DNA of 64,000 bases, taken from the human T2T-CHM13v2.0 reference genome, Homo sapiens. A program made the translations under genes and the position numbers. Location: NCBI RefSeq assembly GCF_009914755.1, contig NC_060928.1; one strand, given 5' to 3'. Position 1 is the first letter of the stretch. Every line of letters starts with the position of its first letter. The notes under the pieces are model-generated. The model worked only from the letters and a program-made list of their open reading frames with translations, searched no databases and was not told the origin of the DNA. Below are positions 58,299 through 64,000 of the stretch, piece by piece.

Positions 58299-59626
58299 TT
58301 ATGTCTCTTTAGGTTTTGCCTTTATGTGGCAAAGAAATAGAAAAGTCTCCACTAAACGTTTCATTTAGACCATCCTTGTAAACAACATGTAGAGTTCTAC
58401 CAGCAGAATAGTAAATTGTGAACTCTTTCATTTAAGAAATATATCAAAGAATTGAGGTGCTTTTTAGCCCCAAACATTGAAAATACATGAGACAAGTGAC
58501 CATGTCAGAGTTAAAACTTGGTTTTAGATAGGTACTAGCTAACAACCACAACACCTAGTATTAGATGCTTGGAAAGCAACAAAAACTCTTTCCTCAGGGA
58601 AGCATTGAGGATTTAGATGAATTCAGTGTTATTTATAAAGTGCTTATTATATGTTCTTTTTATTTTAATATCATAAGTAATATATTTTTATACTTTAAGT
58701 GACTAATTATTTGATTTCATCGATCTATTAACAAGTGTTTTGAGTTACTTATCAGAGAATTCATCATAAAACACATACATTAAACATCTATTTTACTACT
58801 ATAAATTCTTAAACTTGATTTCATCCAGTAGTTCTTATCATGTAATTTCGAATACAATGTAATGTAGTCAGAAACGTGTAGAATATCTTCATTTAAATTT
58901 GTCAGGCATCACATGAAGTTAAAACTCATAGTGGTCTATAAGAAAAAGCAAAGAAAATACTGTTGCCTCAAACAGTTATTTTAACAGCTGAGATTTTTAT
59001 ATTGAAATAAACTAATAAGAACATTTAGTGTTTGAAAATTATGGTAGGCACTTGAAATATTTATATGTTAATAGTTAAATCACTCAGGCAAAATTGAACA
59101 TATTTATAAAAAATTTATTCTAAACATATGGAAGGAATTCTGGATTAACCTTCATAATATATTTGAAATACGATATGTTGGAAATTAACTGGGCTTAGAA
59201 AGCTTGTATTCCTAGTTTGGGCTCTGAGACACGATTGAAATAATTAATTTCAACAAAGAATATAGAAAGTATGAACATGTGTTGGCTTTCAAAATGTGAA
59301 CAACGTGGTGAAATTATTAGATCCTTGGGTGGTTCTGGTCTTAATTCATAGCTTAAAATATTATGTAGTGAGAGACTTATATGCTTTAGTTTTTTAGTAT
59401 CAATAACGCCCTTGAAACCTTTCTTTGTACTCCTCAACCAGACCTAGGTGTTTTCTCCTTAAACTGAAACATTCATTTTCACAAAAAATAAAATAAAATA
59501 ATAAAGAATAGTCAAGAACTTGACATTATTTTTTGATTAGACTTGTTGGGCAGAACATATCTTTTATAGAATGGTATGTTGTAATTGATTTAATATGGAA
59601 AGAGAGAAAAACCTCTTATATAAAGA

Positions 59627-59813
59627 CAGGTGCTTTGCAAATTTCAGTGTTCATACAAATAACCTGGAGAGTTTGATAAAGTACTAACTGATTCTTGGAT
59701 TCCACTTCCAGAGGTCCTGATTCAGTAAGTGGTGCCTGAGTGCTTGCATTTCTATTATATTCTCAGATGATGCTGATGCTAATGGTCTGTGGAGCACATT
59801 TTGAATATCGCTT
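59627..59813. mobile_element. MER5A hAT MITE
   Basis: aataacctggagag...ctgattcagtaagt...ttgcatttcta...gatgctgatgctaatggtc...cacattttga. Confidence 0.75.
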
Positions 59814-61939
59814 AGGTAGAACTACTTTGGAAACAAAACTATTTCCTCCTTTAAAAATTAAACTACAAGAATTAAAAGAACGCACACTAAAAACACGTGT
59901 TAAACTAAAAACAAATTGTAAAAAATTTAAATGAAAATATTAAAATCAAGTCAAATTATTTATGATCATTTATGTTAATTATATAATAGAAAAATTCTCA
60001 TTTATTCAATTAAAGTTATTTAATGCTTTTTCATGGTCTGTTCATATCTGATTTTCATTATGGTGAAGTAAAAATAAAGGATATAGGTGTTAAATATACT
60101 GATTTAAAGTATAGGACATGTACTAACAATGATATAATTTTTTAAATTTGGCATTTAAGCTTATTTCTATATTGACTATATATAGCTATAAAACACATCC
60201 CTGTCATGAGTCAACTTGATTTTTTTCTAGGACAATTTAAAGTATCAGTTCAATAAACTAGCTTAGGTACATAGTTTACTGCTTTGGAACTTCAAAGTGA
60301 CAGTCAGGTACAATCAATATGAGGAAATAAAAGAAGGATTCAATTCTCTTGTTACTGATAAGTTCAAGAATATCTCTGTAAAAGTAATTGCTAAACCAGA
60401 TATTTTTTTACCAAAAAAAAAGACAAACTTAAAAGCCCAAATAATAATTTATATGTAATTTAAATGATTAAAATCAGTCATAAGTTCTTTCCAAAGGAAA
60501 TAACAATTTCAGAAAAGACCATGATTTTTAAAAATGTCAAGTGTACTGTAATAATACAATCTATGATGAATGACAGACTGAAATAGTGAATCATGGAGCT
60601 TGGATATTATCAAGAAAAGACAATAAAAAATAAGTAATTTCTTATGGACATTTAAAAACTTACAGCTAAAGAGTTTTCAGTGTTTTTATGACTTTTTAAA
60701 AATTATTCTCAGTCATGATTAGTTAGTGCTAATTCAATCTATTAAGTTACAATTTCAAAAAGGCATTTTATAAAATGTAACGTATATTTCTACAGAAATT
60801 TAAATTCTATCTTCTGATGGTTTGCTTATCAAGTAAGCCCATGGACTTTGTAAAATTGAAATCAAGGTTTACATCACTCTGAATAAGCTGGAAAAATACC
60901 GTAACCTGCAGTAGGAAAATCAAAGATGAATGAATCAAATGCTTATTCTGCTTAATTCATGCCTCTGATCATTTTAAACTTAACTAATTGGTATTATGAG
61001 TTCCCAACTGAACATGTGTTATTATATAACTGCATTCAGTATGTATTTTGTCTTATTAGAGGTTACATATTGCTTTTTATTTACATAGCTTTATTAAGAT
61101 GTGATTGGCATACAATAAACTGCATGTTTTTAAAATATACTATTTAAGTTTTGACATATAGACCCATGAAACCATTACCAAGATTGAGATAGTGATCGTA
61201 ACACCTCCCATAATTTTCTTTAATTTTTTTTAAAAAATACATTTGACTGTGTATATTTGAGGTTTACAACATGTTATGAGATACATATAGATAGTAAAAT
61301 GGTTACAATAGTGAATCAAATTACAGTATCTGTCATCTGGTATACTTATGTTTTTGTAACAAGAACAGTTAAAATCTTATTTAACGAAAATTCCTAACAC
61401 AAAACAATGTTATCAACTATAGCCCTCATGTTGTACATTAGATATCTAGGCTTGTTAATTTTATATCTTTTGACCTAAATCTCCTCATTTTCTCCCTGCC
61501 CCACCTGCCATGGTAGCCACTTTTTAATTCTCTGTCTCTATAGGGTTGACCTTCACTTTTTTAGATTCCACATATAAATGCAATATTATTCTTTCTGTGT
61601 CTGGTTTATTTCACTTAACGTAATGTCTTTCCAGTCCATCCATGTTGTGTCAAATGGCAGGATCTGATTTTTTTTTTAAACGCTGAGTAATATTTTGTTG
61701 TATATATATCACATTTTCTTTCTCCATTTGTCTGTTGATCGACACTTAGGTTGTTTCCATATCTTGACAATTGTGAATGACACTGCAATAAACATGACAG
61801 TGTAGCTATCTTTAGGGAGTGGTGATTTCATATCTTTTGAGTCTATTCCCAGAGGAAAGATTGCTGAATCATACGCTAGTTCTATTTTTAATTTACATAG
61901 GACCTTTGTTCTGTGTTTCCTAATGGCTGCACCAATTTA

Positions 61940-62098
61940 TTTTTTTATTATTATTTCTTTATTTTTTATTTTTTAAATATACTTTAAGTTTTAGGGTACA
62001 TGTGCACAACGTGCAGGTTTGTTACGTATGTATACATGTGCCATGTTGGTGTGCTGCACCCATTAACTTGTCATTTAACATTAGGTATATCTCCTCAT
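61940..62098 (-). mobile_element. Very short 5'-truncated young L1PA (PA3/4-like)
   Basis: tatactttaagttttagggtacatgtgcacaacgtgcagg; perfect TSD gctgcaccaattta. Confidence 0.9.
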
Positions 62099-62865
62099 GC
62101 TGCACCAATTTAAATTCCCACCAACAGCATGCTATAGTTTCCTTTTCTCCACACCTTCAACAATATTTGTTATCTCTTACCTTTTTGATAATAGCCATCC
62201 TAACATGTGTGAGGTAATGCTTCACAGTGGTTATTTGTATTTGCCTGATGATTACTGATGTAGAGCACTTTATTATATATTTGTTGGCCATTTTTATGTC
62301 TTCTTCAGAGAAATGTGTATTCAGGTCCTTTGTCCATTTTTTAATTGGATTTTTAAAATTTTTCTGCTGTTGAATTTTAAGAGACACTCCAATTCAGGAG
62401 ATTGGGGGTGGAGTGGATCATAGAGGGGTGGTGTGGTGGGACACTGGGTTGGCTCAGGTGTCTACCTCACTGGGCCTAGGTTCAAGTAGTCAGGGGACAG
62501 GGTAGACATTAGAATGGGGAGATGAGCCTCTGAGGCACCTTGTTCCCAGAGTAGGGAGCTATAGCTTGGCTAGGGAATGTTGCAGTATCATGTGTGAGAG
62601 CATGGTGCAATGATGGCAAAACCTCCGGGATGAAGGAATGCAGTGGCTACTGGCCATTAGAACATAATGCACTCTAGCAGTGGCTCTGGGTTCAGAACGT
62701 GATAGTGCAGTGGCAGCTTGGGTCATGGGGTTCAGGGCACAATGTGGGCTCCTTCTCTAGAGTAGTACAGCCATGTGAATCCCAGGCAATTCCCTAAGCT
62801 GTGCTCAGGAACTGTAAAGACTGCAGGATCCTCCAGTAGCAAAAATTGCAGGTATCCGTGGTGGT

Positions 62866-63235
62866 TGATATGGTTTGACTGTGTGTCCCCACCCAAATCT
62901 CATCTCAGGTGGTGATCCTACATGTTGAGGGATAGACCTGGTGGGAGGTGACTGGATCATGGGGTGGTTTTTCCCATTATGTTTTGTTGATAGTGAGGGA
63001 GTTCTCACGAGAGCTGATGGTTTTAAAAGTGTTTGGCAATCCCCTTTTCATTATTTTTCTCTCTCCTCTCGCCATGTAAGACGTGCCTTGCTTCCCCTTC
63101 ACCTTCTGCTATGATTGTAAGTTTCCTGAGGCCTCTCCAGCCATGTGTAACTGTGACTCAATAAAAACTCTTTTCTTTATAAATTACCCAGTCTTAGGTA
63201 GTATCTCCATAGCAGTGTTAAAATGGACTAATACA
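62866..63235 (+). mobile_element. THE1D/MSTA-like solo LTR
   Basis: tgatatggtttg...ggactaataca; perfect 5-bp TSD gtggt. Confidence 0.9.
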
Positions 63236-64000
63236 GTGGTGATGAGGGCCACTGAGGGTCTCTTACTTGCCTTTCTCTATCTGGAGAAGCCCCTTGTGAT
63301 CCAGACTTGGGGATGGGATGGCAGAGGCAATGTGTTTTCTTCTCTTCTTATGTGACCATCCTGAGTTTCTGTGCTCCACAGGGTTTACCTCACTCCTTTG
63401 CTGCACTCTGGCACTCCTCTTTAGTTACTCAGGTCAAAATGCAGCTGCTTATTCATTAGTTTGGTTCCTGATTGTTGGAGAGTGATAAGTGTTAGGCACA
63501 CCTCTAGTCAGCCATCTTGCTGATTTCTGTCTCAGAATTTTCTTGTGCCCTTTGTAAATCTTCTTTCATCCCTCCTGCTGTGGCTCCACACAGCCACTGC
63601 TTAGTTTTCTGTCACTAAACACTAATTAGCATTTCTTAGAACTTTATATAAATGGAAACATATGTAGTTTTTGTTGTCTGGCACTTTTCACTTAACATAA
63701 TTATTTTGATGTTCTTATGTACTGCAGTGTGTATCAGTAGGCTATTTATTCTAATTGTGGAGTAGTATTCTATTGTATAGATAACACACACTGTATCCAT
63801 TGACCTGCTAATGGATATTTGGATTGTTTACAGTTTGAGGTTACTGAAAATAAGGCTTCTATGAACATGAGTGTAAATAGGGACGTAGGTATTTATTTCT
63901 CTTGAGTAAATACTTAGGACTGAAATGATATGGTCAGGACAGGTTTAAATATTTAGGAGACTTCCAAACTGTTTTCAAACAGGTTGTAGTATTTCACATT

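Larger units (their letters stand above)
61221..63530 (-). mobile_element. Internally deleted L1MA (MA9-like): 3' end fused to 5'UTR
   Basis: 3'UTR and ORF2 end at 61221-62383 (NPIKKWTKDLNTHFSEED), then a GC-rich 5'UTR ending ctctagtcagccatcttgc; TSD cccataattttctt/ctcagaattttctt. Confidence 0.82.
61075..64000 (-). mobile_element. L1MD/L1ME1-type 3' end (host; present at 61075-61220 and 63545 to window end)
   Basis: agctttattaagatgtgattggcatacaataaactgca...cccatgaaaccattacca; resumes ttgtgccctttgtaa...ttttatataaatggaa. Confidence 0.78.

Overview
AT-rich, non-coding primate genomic DNA, almost certainly human because it carries an AluYb8-type element. I find no protein-coding gene, RNA gene, CpG island or prokaryotic system. 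Every ORF in the track is a read-through of Alu, L1, LTR or low-complexity sequence, or a chance ORF. Much of the window is recognisable transposable-element sequence: 19 Alus, about 9 L1/HAL1 pieces, L2 and MIR relics, MaLR/ERVL/ERV1 solo LTRs, and Tigger and hAT DNA transposons. Most L1s and LTRs lie on the minus strand, consistent with (but not proving) a long intron of a plus-strand gene. The most unusual signal is three independent L1 insertions of different ages, each made of a 5'UTR joined directly to the ORF2 C-terminus/3'UTR. Their junctions, and that of a twin-primed L1PA, fall in the same ~80-90 nt of ORF2. There are also several local templated-duplication and fold-back scars. Repeat subfamily names come from my recall of consensus sequences and need RepeatMasker/Dfam confirmation; boundaries of old elements are approximate.
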